64,000 bases of DNA from an uncultured Planctomycetaceae bacterium (GTDB taxonomy: Bacteria > Planctomycetota > Planctomycetia > Isosphaerales > Isosphaeraceae): assembly GCA_963833985.1 (NCBI GenBank), contig CAWIAD010000001.1, positions 2,688,001 through 2,752,000 on the forward strand. Direction: 5' to 3'. Both the position numbers and the translations under genes were made by a program. Of this stretch, positions 31,718-41,553 are shown one piece after another (position 1 is the stretch's first letter; each line of letters begins with the position of its first letter). Below the pieces are notes generated by a model that saw only the letters and a program-made list of their open reading frames with translations, was not told the DNA's origin and did no database searches.

Positions 31718-31780
31718 TGAGTATCCGGTGCGCCGTCGCTGCACTTGACGCACATTATGATGGCTTGCTACCTCACGTTT

Positions 31781-34396
31781 TTATCCTGCAAGCTCGCGGA
31801 GGCGCTTGATCAGCTCGAGCGCCTCCGCGGGGGCGAGCTGTGCGGGGTCGAGGCGCCGCAGTTCCTCGAGCAGCGGATCGGGAAGGGCCGCGAACAGGCT
31901 GCCGGTGAGCGCTCGCCCGGTCTTCACCTTGCGACGGATCGGGCCTTCGGGCAGGCCAGGGTCGGGACCGTGCTGTTTTTCCAGGAAGGCCAGGATCTCG
32001 CGCGCCCGGTCGAGCACCGGAGCCGGCACGCCGGCCAGCCGGGCCACGTGGATGCCGTAACTTTGATCGGCGCCGCCGGGGACGATGCGGTGCAGGAAGA
32101 CGATCTCGCCCTGGTTCTGGCTCACCGCCACGTTGGCGTTACGGAGCCGCGGCCTGGTCTTCTCGAGCTCGACCAGCTCATGATAGTGAGTGGCGAAGAG
32201 CGTGCGGCAGCCGATCGCGTCGTGGATGTGCTCGGTGATGGCCCAGGCCAGCGAGATGCCGTCGAAGGTGCTGGTGCCACGCCCGATCTCGTCCAGGATC
32301 ACCAGGCTGCGCGGGGTCGCGTTGTTGAGGATGTTCGCCGTCTCAGTCATTTCCACCATGAACGTGGACTGGCCCCGGCTCAGCTCATCGGTGGCGCCGA
32401 CGCGGGCGAACAGGCGGTCGACGACGCCGATCCGCGCCCGCTTCGCCGGGACGAAGCTGCCGATCTGGGCGAGGATGGTCATGAGCGCGACCTGGCGGAT
32501 GTAGGTGCTCTTGCCGGCCATGTTCGGGCCGGTGATGAGCACGATCGAGCCGCCATCGCCGCCGAGGCGGGTGTCGTTGGGGACGAAGTCGCCCGGCGGC
32601 AGGAGCGCGTCCAGGACCGGATGGCGGCCGGCCTCGACCTCGAACAGCGGTTCCTCCGTCAGCTCCGGCCGGCAGTACCCGTGGCGCGCCGCCAGCTCCG
32701 CAAGCGCAGCGAGGACGTCGAGCTGGGCCAGCACCGACCCCGCCTGGATCAATCGGGGCGCGTCGGCCGAGACGCGGTCGCGCAGCGTCGTGAACAGCTC
32801 ATACTCCAGTGCGTTGGCCCGCTCATGGGCGGTGCGGACCTCGTTCTCGAACTCCTTGAGCTCGGGGGTGAAGTAGCGTTCGGCGTTCTTGACGGTCTGC
32901 TTGCGGATGTAGTCCGCCGGTACCTCGCCACGCTGGGCCTGGGCGTGCGTGATCTCGATGTAATAGCCGAAGACCTGGTTGAACCCGACCTTCAGCCCCG
33001 GAATTCCGGTGCGGCGGACCTGCTCGGCCTGGTAGCTGGCAATCCAGCCCTTGCCATCTCTGGAGACCGAATGCAGGCGGTCGAGCTCGGGGTGATAACC
33101 CTTACGAATGAGGCCGCCCTCCTTGAGGGTCAGCGGCGGATCGTCGACCAGGGCCGACTCGATGGCCGCCCGGACCTCGGGGCAGAGCTCCAGCGCCCCC
33201 TCGAGCTGCGTCAGCCGCGCGGAGCGGCGTGCCGTCAGCCGCGCCTTCACCCGCGGCAGCAGAGCCAGCGTACGCGCCAGCGCGGCCAGGTCACGCGGGG
33301 TGGCGCGGGCAGTGGCCACGCGGGCGGCCAGACGCTCCAGGTCGTATCCTTCACCCAGCAGGTCGCGCAGCTCCCCGCGCAGGGCCGAATCGCGCACCAG
33401 CTCCTCCACGGCCCCGGAGCGCTCGGCAATCAGCTCCACGGAGGTCAGGGGCGAGGTCAGGTAATCGGCCAGCAAGCGCGCGCCCATCGGCGTCACGGTC
33501 CGGTCGATCACGTGCAGCAGCGAACCCTCGCGCCTGGCCTCGCGCAGGGTGCGTGTCAGCTCCAGGCTGCGGCGGGTCATCTCGTCAAGGCCCAGCGTGT
33601 CTGCCTTGCGGTAGGGAGTCAAGCGGATGATGTGTCCCAGCGACGCTTTCTGGGTCTCACGCAGGTAGGCGATCAGTGCGCCGGCCGCCTGCACTTCGAG
33701 CGCCCGGTCGTCCACGCCGAAGCCGTCCAGGGTGGTGGTGCCGAACTGCTCGTAGAGTGTCTTGCGCGCCTCTTCAGGCTGGAAGTCCCATGAAGGGCGG
33801 ATCGTCACCGGCCGTGCCGAGGATGCGCGCAGGGCACGCAGCCAGGGGGCCTCGACGGAAAGCTCGGAGACGAGAGTCTCGGCGGGGCTCAGGCGTCCCA
33901 TCTCGTCGGCAAGCTCATGCCGGAGCAGCCCGGTCAGGGAGAACCGCCCGGTGGAGAGCTCGACCCAGGCCAGGCCCAGCTTCGTCCCGGACTCCACCAC
34001 CGCGGCGAGGTAATTGGACGTCCGCGGATCGAGCAAGGCCTCGTCGGTCAGGGTGCCGGGCGTCACGATGCGCACGATGTCTCGCTTGACGAGCCCCTTG
34101 GCCAGCCTGGGATCCTCCAGTTGCTCGCAAACCGCGGCACGAAGCCCGGCCTGGACAATGCGGGCCAGGTACGATTCCAGCGCGGGGTGGGGAAAACCCG
34201 CCATGGGAATGGCTTGCTCGCCCTTGTCGCGGTCGCGCGTGGTCAGCGCGATACCCAGCAGGGCCGACGCACGCTCGGCATCCTCGCCGAAGAGCTCGTA
34301 GAAATCTCCCATCCGGAAGAGCAGCAACGCATCGGGATCGCGCGCCTTGAGCTCGCGATACTGCTGCATCATCGGCGTGATGGAGGGCTCGCTCAT
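31781..34396 (-). CDS. mutS: DNA mismatch repair protein MutS
   Basis: TPMMQQY, FRMGDFYELF, TGPNMAGKST, STFMVEM, DEIGRGTST, SYGIHVA. Confidence 0.98.
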   Translation of the reverse strand: MSEPSITPMMQQYRELKARDPDALLLFRMGDFYELFGEDAERASALLGIALTTRDRDKGEQAIPMAGFPHPALESYLARIVQAGLRAAVCEQLEDPRLAKGLVKRDIVRIVTPGTLTDEALLDPRTSNYLAAVVESGTKLGLAWVELSTGRFSLTGLLRHELADEMGRLSPAETLVSELSVEAPWLRALRASSARPVTIRPSWDFQPEEARKTLYEQFGTTTLDGFGVDDRALEVQAAGALIAYLRETQKASLGHIIRLTPYRKADTLGLDEMTRRSLELTRTLREARREGSLLHVIDRTVTPMGARLLADYLTSPLTSVELIAERSGAVEELVRDSALRGELRDLLGEGYDLERLAARVATARATPRDLAALARTLALLPRVKARLTARRSARLTQLEGALELCPEVRAAIESALVDDPPLTLKEGGLIRKGYHPELDRLHSVSRDGKGWIASYQAEQVRRTGIPGLKVGFNQVFGYYIEITHAQAQRGEVPADYIRKQTVKNAERYFTPELKEFENEVRTAHERANALEYELFTTLRDRVSADAPRLIQAGSVLAQLDVLAALAELAARHGYCRPELTEEPLFEVEAGRHPVLDALLPPGDFVPNDTRLGGDGGSIVLITGPNMAGKSTYIRQVALMTILAQIGSFVPAKRARIGVVDRLFARVGATDELSRGQSTFMVEMTETANILNNATPRSLVILDEIGRGTSTFDGISLAWAITEHIHDAIGCRTLFATHYHELVELEKTRPRLRNANVAVSQNQGEIVFLHRIVPGGADQSYGIHVARLAGVPAPVLDRAREILAFLEKQHGPDPGLPEGPIRRKVKTGRALTGSLFAALPDPLLEELRRLDPAQLAPAEALELIKRLRELAG

Positions 34397-34592
34397 GCAA
34401 GGGAGAGCTGAAGGGAACGAGAGAGACACGCGCCTCCGCGAATCCGGCGAAGGAAGAATCGGCCGGGAGCCGGATCGGTGCAGGCACCGGAAAAGCTAAT
34501 GACGACCCACACCCTGGAGGGGGTGGACCGTCATGTTCAATAAAGCCTGCCGGGTTGTGCCAGAAAACGACAAGGTGACCACGCGCGGGAGA

Positions 34593-34952
34593 TCAAAACT
34601 TGTCGAGCGCCGACTGCTCTTCCGGATAGATCTCGAAAACCTGGTCGAGCCTGGTGATCCGGAAGACTTCGAGCAGGTCCGGATGGATACAGCAGAGCTT
34701 CAGCTTGCCCTTGACCGCGGCAACTTTCTTCTTGAGGTTGATCAGCTTGCCAAGCGCGGCACTGGAGAGATACTGCACATTACCGAAATTGAGCAGGATG
34801 TTCTTGTGACCCTCGTCCTCGACCAGGCTGTAAAGCTGCTCGCCCACTTCCTGGATCTGTTCTTCGGTCACGATCTTGGTATCGACAAAACTGACAACCG
34901 TCACTCCGTCGACGTTTTCCAGTCGGAGGAGACGGCGAGGGCCTTGCGACAT
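34593..34952 (-). CDS. STAS-domain anti-sigma factor antagonist
   Basis: LLNFGNVQYLSSAALGKL...VFRITRLDQVF. Confidence 0.9.
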   Translation of the reverse strand: MSQGPRRLLRLENVDGVTVVSFVDTKIVTEEQIQEVGEQLYSLVEDEGHKNILLNFGNVQYLSSAALGKLINLKKKVAAVKGKLKLCCIHPDLLEVFRITRLDQVFEIYPEEQSALDKF

Positions 34953-35188
34953 CGGGAAACTCCTGTCGGGGACGGGAACCGAACCAGACCCAGCCAATTG
35001 GACTTTTGTGAAGGCCGGTCCCGCACGCGGGCCTCGAAGGCGCAGCACCGGAAAAGAATCGAAGAACCCACCGAGGCGAGAACCCTGCGTTCACACCACA
35101 CTTACCAGAAAGCGCCGGGGAATCAAGAGTCCACCCGGAAAAGATGTTCCGGCGACGCAGGCTGGCGCGATTGCCGCCGGAATGCGGT

Positions 35189-35548
35189 TCAGAACTTGTT
35201 CAGCGCGGCCTGCTCCTCGGCATAGATCTCGAACACCTTGTCCAGACCGGTAAGCTTGAAAGGTACCATCAGGTCCGGGTGAATACAGCAGAACTTGAGC
35301 TTACCCTTGGTTGCATCAACGCGCCTTTTCAGGCTGACCAGCTTGCCCAGGAAGGTCGAGGAGCAGTACTGCACGTTGCCAAAATTGAGCAGGATCTTCT
35401 TCTTGCTTCCCTCTTCAGGCAATGCGTAGAGCTCGTCGCCGGTTTCCTGAATCTGATCCTCCGTGACGATCTTCGTTTCGGTGAAGCTGACGACGTGGAC
35501 GCCGTCCACATTCTCGACCCGGAGGCGGGGACGCGGACCCGAGGACAT
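35189..35548 (-). CDS. STAS-domain anti-sigma factor antagonist (paralog)
   Basis: LLNFGNVQYCSSTFLGKL...FKLTGLDKVF. Confidence 0.9.
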   Translation of the reverse strand: MSSGPRPRLRVENVDGVHVVSFTETKIVTEDQIQETGDELYALPEEGSKKKILLNFGNVQYCSSTFLGKLVSLKRRVDATKGKLKFCCIHPDLMVPFKLTGLDKVFEIYAEEQAALNKF

Positions 35549-35881
35549 GGGAAAATTCTCCTGCGGACCATGATGAAGCATGCGGCGTGCGCGGCGGTCA
35601 CTCCGGAGCGAACCGGAAACGGCCTCACAACCCGGGGCATTCCACGATTGTAACCCAAGGAGCACCACGCCGTCTGCCTGCTTTCACAACAAGAACGCAA
35701 GCGGCGCGCACCGCCGGCCGCGCCTCGGCAACATCCAGGAAATTCAGACCCGATCCAGGAACTTCAGACCCGGGGCCTTTCCGGGTAGAATGAGAAATGG
35801 CCCCTTCCCTTGCGGTCGAAGGTCACGGCTGCGGCCGGGTCGGTGCCGGGTGCATCAACGTCGGAGGATGGGTTCAATCGC

Positions 35882-36232
35882 ATGGCATCCGCAGTGGAAT
35901 CGTTTCCCAACCAGTTCCCGGACCGCGAGTATGAGATCGAGATCACGGCTCCGGAGTTCACCGCCGTCTGTCCCAAGACCGGTCAGCCCGATTTTGGAAC
36001 CATCGTCGTCACGTATGTGCCGTCCAAACATTGCCTGGAACTGAAGAGCCTGAAGCTGTACTTGTTCGGCTATCGCGACCGCGGCATCTTCTACGAGCAT
36101 TCCGTGAACACGATCCTGGACGACCTGGTCGCCTCTTGCCAGCCGGTTCGGATGAAGGTTGTCGGGCATTTCAACCCGCGCGGGGGTATGACCTCGCGCA
36201 TCACAGCCGCCTACGAGGCGGCCCGGGAGTGA
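35882..36232 (+). CDS. queF: NADPH-dependent preQ0 reductase
   Basis: EFTAVCPKTGQPDF, ELKSLKLYL, FNPRGG. Confidence 0.95.
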   Translation: MASAVESFPNQFPDREYEIEITAPEFTAVCPKTGQPDFGTIVVTYVPSKHCLELKSLKLYLFGYRDRGIFYEHSVNTILDDLVASCQPVRMKVVGHFNPRGGMTSRITAAYEAARE

Positions 36233-36314
36233 TCGCCCGCGGAAGGTCAGCAACGCGGAAGGGTGGGAAGATTCGGCCCGGCACCTGGTCATGATCTCAC
36301 AAGGCGTTTCATCC

Positions 36315-37118
36315 ATGAAAGCCGGAATTCTCACCCTGACGACCGACTTCGGTATCAGCGGTCCCTACGTGGCGGCCATCAAGGGAGTGCTGCTCGGGCT
36401 GGCCCCGGACGCCCAGCTCGTGGACGTCTGCCACACCATCTCACCTCAGAATATCCTGGAAGGTGCCTTCGTGCTGGCCGGAATCGTCGACGCCTTCCCC
36501 GCGGGGGCCGTCCACCTGGCCGTCGTCGATCCGGGCGTGGGGACGGACCGTCGCCTGGTTGCGGCCAGGCTCGCTGATCAATGGTTCGTTCTGCCCGACA
36601 ATGGACTCATCACCGGGCTGGCACAGAACCGTCCCTACCAGGGAATCTGGGAGCTCGCCAACCCCGACCTGCGTCGGCCTACCGTGTCCAATACCTTCCA
36701 TGGCCGCGACATCCTGGCGCCAGCGGCCGCTCATCTGCTGCTCGGCGGCGACCCTGATATGCTGGGACCTCGGCTCTCGTCGCTCATCACCTTGCGCAAC
36801 TTTCAACCCATGGCCGACGGATCCAGCTTCGTGGGCGAGGTGATCTTTCGTGATACGTTCGGCAACCTCATCACCAACGTGCACGTGAGCCAGCTCACCG
36901 GGCCGCCTGATGACTGGATGGTCGAGATCGCTGGCGAACGCATCGACGGCCTCGCGCGCACCTATGGCGAGAAGCACACCGGTGCGCTCGTGGCCCTGGC
37001 CGGCAGCTCCGGGTGGATCGAGGTCGCGATCGTCAACGGCGACGCGGCCAGACACCTCACCGCGGGGGCGGGCACAACTGTCTGGCTGCGACGCAAGTGT
37101 GGAACTGCCGCTTCCTGA
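36315..37118 (+). CDS. SAM hydroxide adenosyltransferase / chlorinase family (DUF62)
   Basis: LTTDFG, VVDPGVGT, PDNG, TFHGRDI, DTFGNL. Confidence 0.92.
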   Translation: MKAGILTLTTDFGISGPYVAAIKGVLLGLAPDAQLVDVCHTISPQNILEGAFVLAGIVDAFPAGAVHLAVVDPGVGTDRRLVAARLADQWFVLPDNGLITGLAQNRPYQGIWELANPDLRRPTVSNTFHGRDILAPAAAHLLLGGDPDMLGPRLSSLITLRNFQPMADGSSFVGEVIFRDTFGNLITNVHVSQLTGPPDDWMVEIAGERIDGLARTYGEKHTGALVALAGSSGWIEVAIVNGDAARHLTAGAGTTVWLRRKCGTAAS

Positions 37119-37193
37119 CGCCAGGGGAGTGGTCAGGGTGAGCGAACGACTGATTCTTTCACCAGGCCAACCCGCCCGAACGGGTTCGCTCGC

Positions 37194-38333
37194 ATGAACA
37201 GGAGCCAGACGCCGATGTCGGCCAGCTCGATGAACTCATCCTCCTCGACGCCTTTCCCGGACCAGGCCCCGGCGAGCCACTCCGGCGAGGAACCGGCGCC
37301 AGTGACGATCCGGCAGGTTTCCCCGCGACCGCCCCAGGACATTTCCAAGCCGGCCACCTCCAGCGCCGACGACCTGAGCCTGCTGCTCGCTCAGTCGGCA
37401 CCCGACCCCTATCTGGCCGAGGGCGGCGGGCCCGGCGAGCCGGCGAGCGGCGGGCGCCCGGGCGGCGAGGCGAGTGGCATCGAACCGGTCTCGCCACTCG
37501 ATCCGCTCAGCACTCCGGCATCGGCGATTGACGTCGCTTTCGCTCCGTCGCCGGACGCGGACGTTCATCCGCAGCTCAAATCGCATCGGGCCGGCTCGCG
37601 CTCGCCTCGACAACCGGAACCGGACGAGCCCGAAACGGTGCGCATTTCCTGGCCGATGCTGTTGATCTCCAGCTACGCGAGTGCTCTCACCCTGGCCATC
37701 GCTTATCTGCTCTTCACCGGACGGAGCCTGCCGCGCATCGTCTTCGGTCCCGCCACGGAGCCGGCGGCAGCCGTTCCGGAACCCCGCGGCAAGTCGGCAC
37801 CCAGGGCCGCCATTCATCTCGATCCTCTGCCCGCCTCGAACATCACCGACCTGACCAGGTCGACGCGCCTGGGAGACCTGGAGATCAAGCCGCGGTCGAT
37901 CGCCCACCGCCCCATCGATCTGATCCGGCTGCAAGGAACCGCCGAGGGCGAACGCCAGACGCCGGCCACTTTGGTGCTCACGCTCGAGTTCACCAACGTC
38001 TCCAGCGACCAGAGCTTCGCTCCGCTCGATCCCGCCATGGTACGCGAGACCTCGCCGGGCCCGGCGGAGTCGTTCATCGAGCTTGGCTCCGGGCGCAGGC
38101 TCACTCTGTTCCGGCTGGCCATGGAAAGCGAATGGTCGATCCCGGACCAGTCGTTCCCGACACTCCGCCCGGGAGAGTCGGTTGAGACCGTTCTGGTGAG
38201 CGAGCCGGTCGAGATGACTGACCTGGCCGGGACGATGACCTGGCGGATCAAGCTGCGCACCGCCCCCTACCGGACCGACGTGCTCGGCGTCCGGTTTGAC
38301 TCCGACCAGGTGGCCGTAGAAAGCCTTGATTGA
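37194..38333 (+). CDS. Hypothetical membrane-anchored protein
   Basis: Pro/Ser-rich N-terminus, single TM (LLISSYASALTLAIAYLL), beta-rich C-terminus. Confidence 0.75.
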   Translation: MNRSQTPMSASSMNSSSSTPFPDQAPASHSGEEPAPVTIRQVSPRPPQDISKPATSSADDLSLLLAQSAPDPYLAEGGGPGEPASGGRPGGEASGIEPVSPLDPLSTPASAIDVAFAPSPDADVHPQLKSHRAGSRSPRQPEPDEPETVRISWPMLLISSYASALTLAIAYLLFTGRSLPRIVFGPATEPAAAVPEPRGKSAPRAAIHLDPLPASNITDLTRSTRLGDLEIKPRSIAHRPIDLIRLQGTAEGERQTPATLVLTLEFTNVSSDQSFAPLDPAMVRETSPGPAESFIELGSGRRLTLFRLAMESEWSIPDQSFPTLRPGESVETVLVSEPVEMTDLAGTMTWRIKLRTAPYRTDVLGVRFDSDQVAVESLD

Positions 38334-38895
38334 GCGCCTTTGCGGTCGGCCGGCTGCTGAGGAGTGTGCCGCGCGGTCGAACTCGGCGTGACGACCTCGG
38401 CGCCGTCCTGAACCGCTGCTGCAAGTTCTGTTGCCACTCCGCCCATCCGGGCAGTCGCTCCCGAAGCTCCTCGGCCTGGCCGTTCTGCGGCGGACTGGCG
38501 AACTTCCAGCGATCGGCCGTGACCAGAAGCTGGATGAGCGTTGCGAAGTGCTCCTCGCCGAGCGCCTGCCTGACCGCGCCGTCGCCGGAAATCTCCTCCG
38601 TGGTGCGGGCTCGCAACGCCGGGCCGAACCGTGACGCCAGCGTCTCCCGCGCCTGCAAGGCCAGGCTCACAAGCTGACCGTCGGCCGTCTCTGGAACGGG
38701 AACCGGGACGACCGACACCGGCAGGCCCCGCGCCCGACGCCTGCGGATCCAGATCCAGAACGCCAGGGCCAGCAGTGCAATCAGCAGTGACCCGGCGGGG
38801 AGCAAGCGCCCACCGACGGACCTGGCCTCGGACCACGGCTCGGGACCGGGATTGGGGCGGGGAAGGACAATGACGCGCGCGTTCTCTTCGTTCAA
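38248..38895 (-). CDS. Hypothetical membrane protein coupled to DUF58
   Basis: TTG start overlaps the DUF58 stop; one TM; start and 3' overlap uncertain. Confidence 0.6.
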   Translation of the reverse strand: MNEENARVIVLPRPNPGPEPWSEARSVGGRLLPAGSLLIALLALAFWIWIRRRRARGLPVSVVPVPVPETADGQLVSLALQARETLASRFGPALRARTTEEISGDGAVRQALGEEHFATLIQLLVTADRWKFASPPQNGQAEELRERLPGWAEWQQNLQQRFRTAPRSSRRVRPRGTLLSSRPTAKALNQGFLRPPGRSQTGRRARRSGRGRCAA

Positions 38896-39824
38896 TGGAC
38901 ACCTCGGCGAGTCGATCGGCGGGAGAACAGCTCGATCAGGGAAAGGATCGGCTCGACCTCCGTGGACAGGGAATAGCCATCCACGCCAACGCTGGCGCAC
39001 CAGCGATGAAACGTCTGCTGCCGTTCACGCGCCCGCCGCGCGTAGTCGGCCCGTTGCGACTTGAGCGAGGAATCGATGAGCTGGACCTTGCCGGTCTCGG
39101 CTTCCTCCAGTGCCAGCAGCCCGGCGGCGGGAAGCTGCTGCTCCAGCCCGCTGACGATACGCATCGCGATGGCATCGTGCCGCCGAGCCGTGCGCCGCCA
39201 GAGGCCGACCGGCTCGTCCGTGTCGAAATCGCTGAGGACGATGACCATGGACCGGTGCGCCGCCCGGCGCACCCGCGAGAGCCCGACCCCGAGCTGCGTC
39301 TTGAGCGAGGTGGTCGGCGTGGCGACGAGGGCGCGGACGATCTGCGAGAGATGGCGGATGCCGCCGGCGGGCGCCAGCTCGACCTCGATGCGATCGCTGA
39401 CCATGAGCAGACCCACGCGGTCACCGTTGTGCACGGCCGCGGTGGCCAGCAGGGCGGCGGCCTGAGCGGCCCGGTCGGCCTTGGTGCGGCCCTCCAGGCC
39501 GAACCGCATGCTGGCGGAGACGTCGAGCACCAACCAGAGCGTGAGCGACCGCTCCTCGACGAACCGGCGCACGAACGGCTTGCCCTGCCGGGCCGTGACG
39601 TTCCAGTCGATGTGCCGGACGTCGTCTCCAGGCTCATAAGCACGCAACTCGGCAAACGTCAGCCCCACGCCGGGCCGTGCTCCATGATAGGCCCCCGCCA
39701 GTTGCGTGACCGCCTCCGGCCGCACCCGGAACCGCAGTCGCCGCGCCCTGCGGATGATCTGTGCGGCATCGATGGCGGAAACGGCGGGCTGCTTTGGTCT
39801 TTTGCTGCGGAACGGCCAGATCAT
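38892..39824 (-). CDS. DUF58 family (vWA-like) protein
   Basis: FAELRAYEPGDDVRHIDWNVTAR, DVSASM, LSDF. Confidence 0.92.
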   Translation of the reverse strand: MIWPFRSKRPKQPAVSAIDAAQIIRRARRLRFRVRPEAVTQLAGAYHGARPGVGLTFAELRAYEPGDDVRHIDWNVTARQGKPFVRRFVEERSLTLWLVLDVSASMRFGLEGRTKADRAAQAAALLATAAVHNGDRVGLLMVSDRIEVELAPAGGIRHLSQIVRALVATPTTSLKTQLGVGLSRVRRAAHRSMVIVLSDFDTDEPVGLWRRTARRHDAIAMRIVSGLEQQLPAAGLLALEEAETGKVQLIDSSLKSQRADYARRARERQQTFHRWCASVGVDGYSLSTEVEPILSLIELFSRRSTRRGVH

Positions 39825-40147
39825 GGTGGGCCCAGGTCGAGGTTGCCGAAATGCGGTCCAGGAGATGCTCAGCACCATCGGGCAGCCAAAGCACGCCCTG
39901 GTCCATCCTAACCAGTTCGGTCCCTGTGAGCGACTGCCTCCAGAGACCCTGACCGAGCGCATACGCTCTCGCCCTGTTGGGACAGGGTTATCGCCCGAGC
40001 CGAAATGGCGACGTCGCGTCTCACTTGAATCTGGCGGCCCGGCCTCCCCACCCCTCGCGAAGCGATCGCGTCCTCGCTTCGGATCGTTCGCCTCATGAAA
40101 TGACGGGTCATGACTGCATTAGTCTAGCCGAGAGGGATCAGGAGCGA

Positions 40148-40768
40148 TCAGGAAGGTCCTGGCCCGTTCGGGTCGGCCGGGGTGGCACGCGGCTCTTCGG
40201 CAGAAATGCGGCGTGGCAGGATGTCGCTCAGGGCACAGCGGAAGCCCGGAATCACGTCCTCGCCGGAGAGGACGTCGGCCTCGTCCAGCCGGACGGGCGG
40301 TCCGTCGGGGCGGAAGACCCATGCCCTGCGTGCTTTCGGGTAGATGACCCAGACCAGGGGCACGCCGGCCTGCTGGTAGTCCTCCAGCTTCTCCTCGAGT
40401 TCCTCGGCCGCATCGTGGGGAGAGACGACCTCGACGGCCAGGTCGGGGGGGATCCTCACCCAGCCCTCCGGCGAGACATCGCCGGGCAAGCGCCCACGCC
40501 GGACGAACGAGACATCGGGCTTGCGCACCCGGCCGGGAGCGTGAGCGAAGCACTGGTAGCCGTTGTCGGCACCCCAGACCAGCCCCAGGCGAGACTCGTC
40601 GCAGAACCGATCCAGACGAGAACAGAGTTGCGTTCCAACCCGGCTCGATTCCGCTCCCATGTTTCGCTCCACCAGTCGGCCATCGACCAGTTCATAACTC
40701 TTGCCATCAGGCATGGCCAGCAGGTCTTCCGGCGTGTAGCGGGTTTGGGTGGCAACGGCCGTGCTCAT
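40148..40768 (-). CDS. Uma2 family endonuclease, copy 1
   Basis: YELVDG, RKPDVSF, PDLAVEVVSP, AGVPLVWVI. Confidence 0.92.
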   Translation of the reverse strand: MSTAVATQTRYTPEDLLAMPDGKSYELVDGRLVERNMGAESSRVGTQLCSRLDRFCDESRLGLVWGADNGYQCFAHAPGRVRKPDVSFVRRGRLPGDVSPEGWVRIPPDLAVEVVSPHDAAEELEEKLEDYQQAGVPLVWVIYPKARRAWVFRPDGPPVRLDEADVLSGEDVIPGFRCALSDILPRRISAEEPRATPADPNGPGPS

Positions 40769-40932
40769 GGTCCGGCTCCGTCGTGACGGGAGTCATAGTG
40801 CGAACAACAGCATTCTACCATCGCCCCGCTCCACCCGGGAGACGCACGGCGCATTCGCTCTCTGGCATCCCACAACGCGGGCGGCCCCAACCGTGCCAAA
40901 CGTGCGCCATGACCAGTTCGAGCGGGGAGCGA

Positions 40933-41553
40933 TCAGGAAGGTCCCGGCCCGTTCGGGTCGGCCGGGGTGGCACGCGGCTCTTCGGCAGAAATGCGGCGTG
41001 GCAGGATGTCGCTCAGGGGACAGCGGAAGCCCGGAATCACGTCCTCGCCGGAGAGGACGTCGGCCTCGTCCAGCCGGACGGGCGGTCCGTCGGGGCGGAA
41101 GACCCATGCCCTGCGTGTTTTCGGGTAGATGACCCAGACCAGGGGCACGCCGGCCTGCTGGTAGTCCTCCAGCTTCTCCTCGAGTTCCTCGGCCGCATCG
41201 TGGGGAGAGACGACTTCGACGGCTAGGTCGGGGGGGATCCTCACCCAGCCCTCCGGCGAGACATCGCCGGGCAACCGCCCGCGCCGGACGAACGAGACAT
41301 CGGGCTTGCGGACCCGGCCGGGAGCGTGAGCGAAGCACTGGTAGCCGTTGTCGGCCGGCCAGAAATGCCCCAGGTGGTGCTCCTCGCAGAACGATCCAAG
41401 GCGCAGCAGCAAGCGCCCCGCGACCTCACTCGATTCCGCTCCCATGTTTCGCTCCACCAGTCGGCCATCGACCAGTTCATAACTCTGACCATCGGGCATG
41501 GCCAGCAGGTCTTCCGGCGTGTAGCGGGTTCGGGTGGCAACGGCCGTGCTCAT
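40933..41553 (-). CDS. Uma2 family endonuclease, copy 2
   Basis: Same motifs as copy 1. Confidence 0.92.
   Translation of the reverse strand: MSTAVATRTRYTPEDLLAMPDGQSYELVDGRLVERNMGAESSEVAGRLLLRLGSFCEEHHLGHFWPADNGYQCFAHAPGRVRKPDVSFVRRGRLPGDVSPEGWVRIPPDLAVEVVSPHDAAEELEEKLEDYQQAGVPLVWVIYPKTRRAWVFRPDGPPVRLDEADVLSGEDVIPGFRCPLSDILPRRISAEEPRATPADPNGPGPS

Noticed and set aside
35780..35881. preQ1 riboswitch upstream of queF
   Set aside because: No recognisable stem with A-rich tail
40571..41428. Diversity-generating retroelement TR/VR pair
   Set aside because: Mismatches are not adenine-specific and no reverse transcriptase is present
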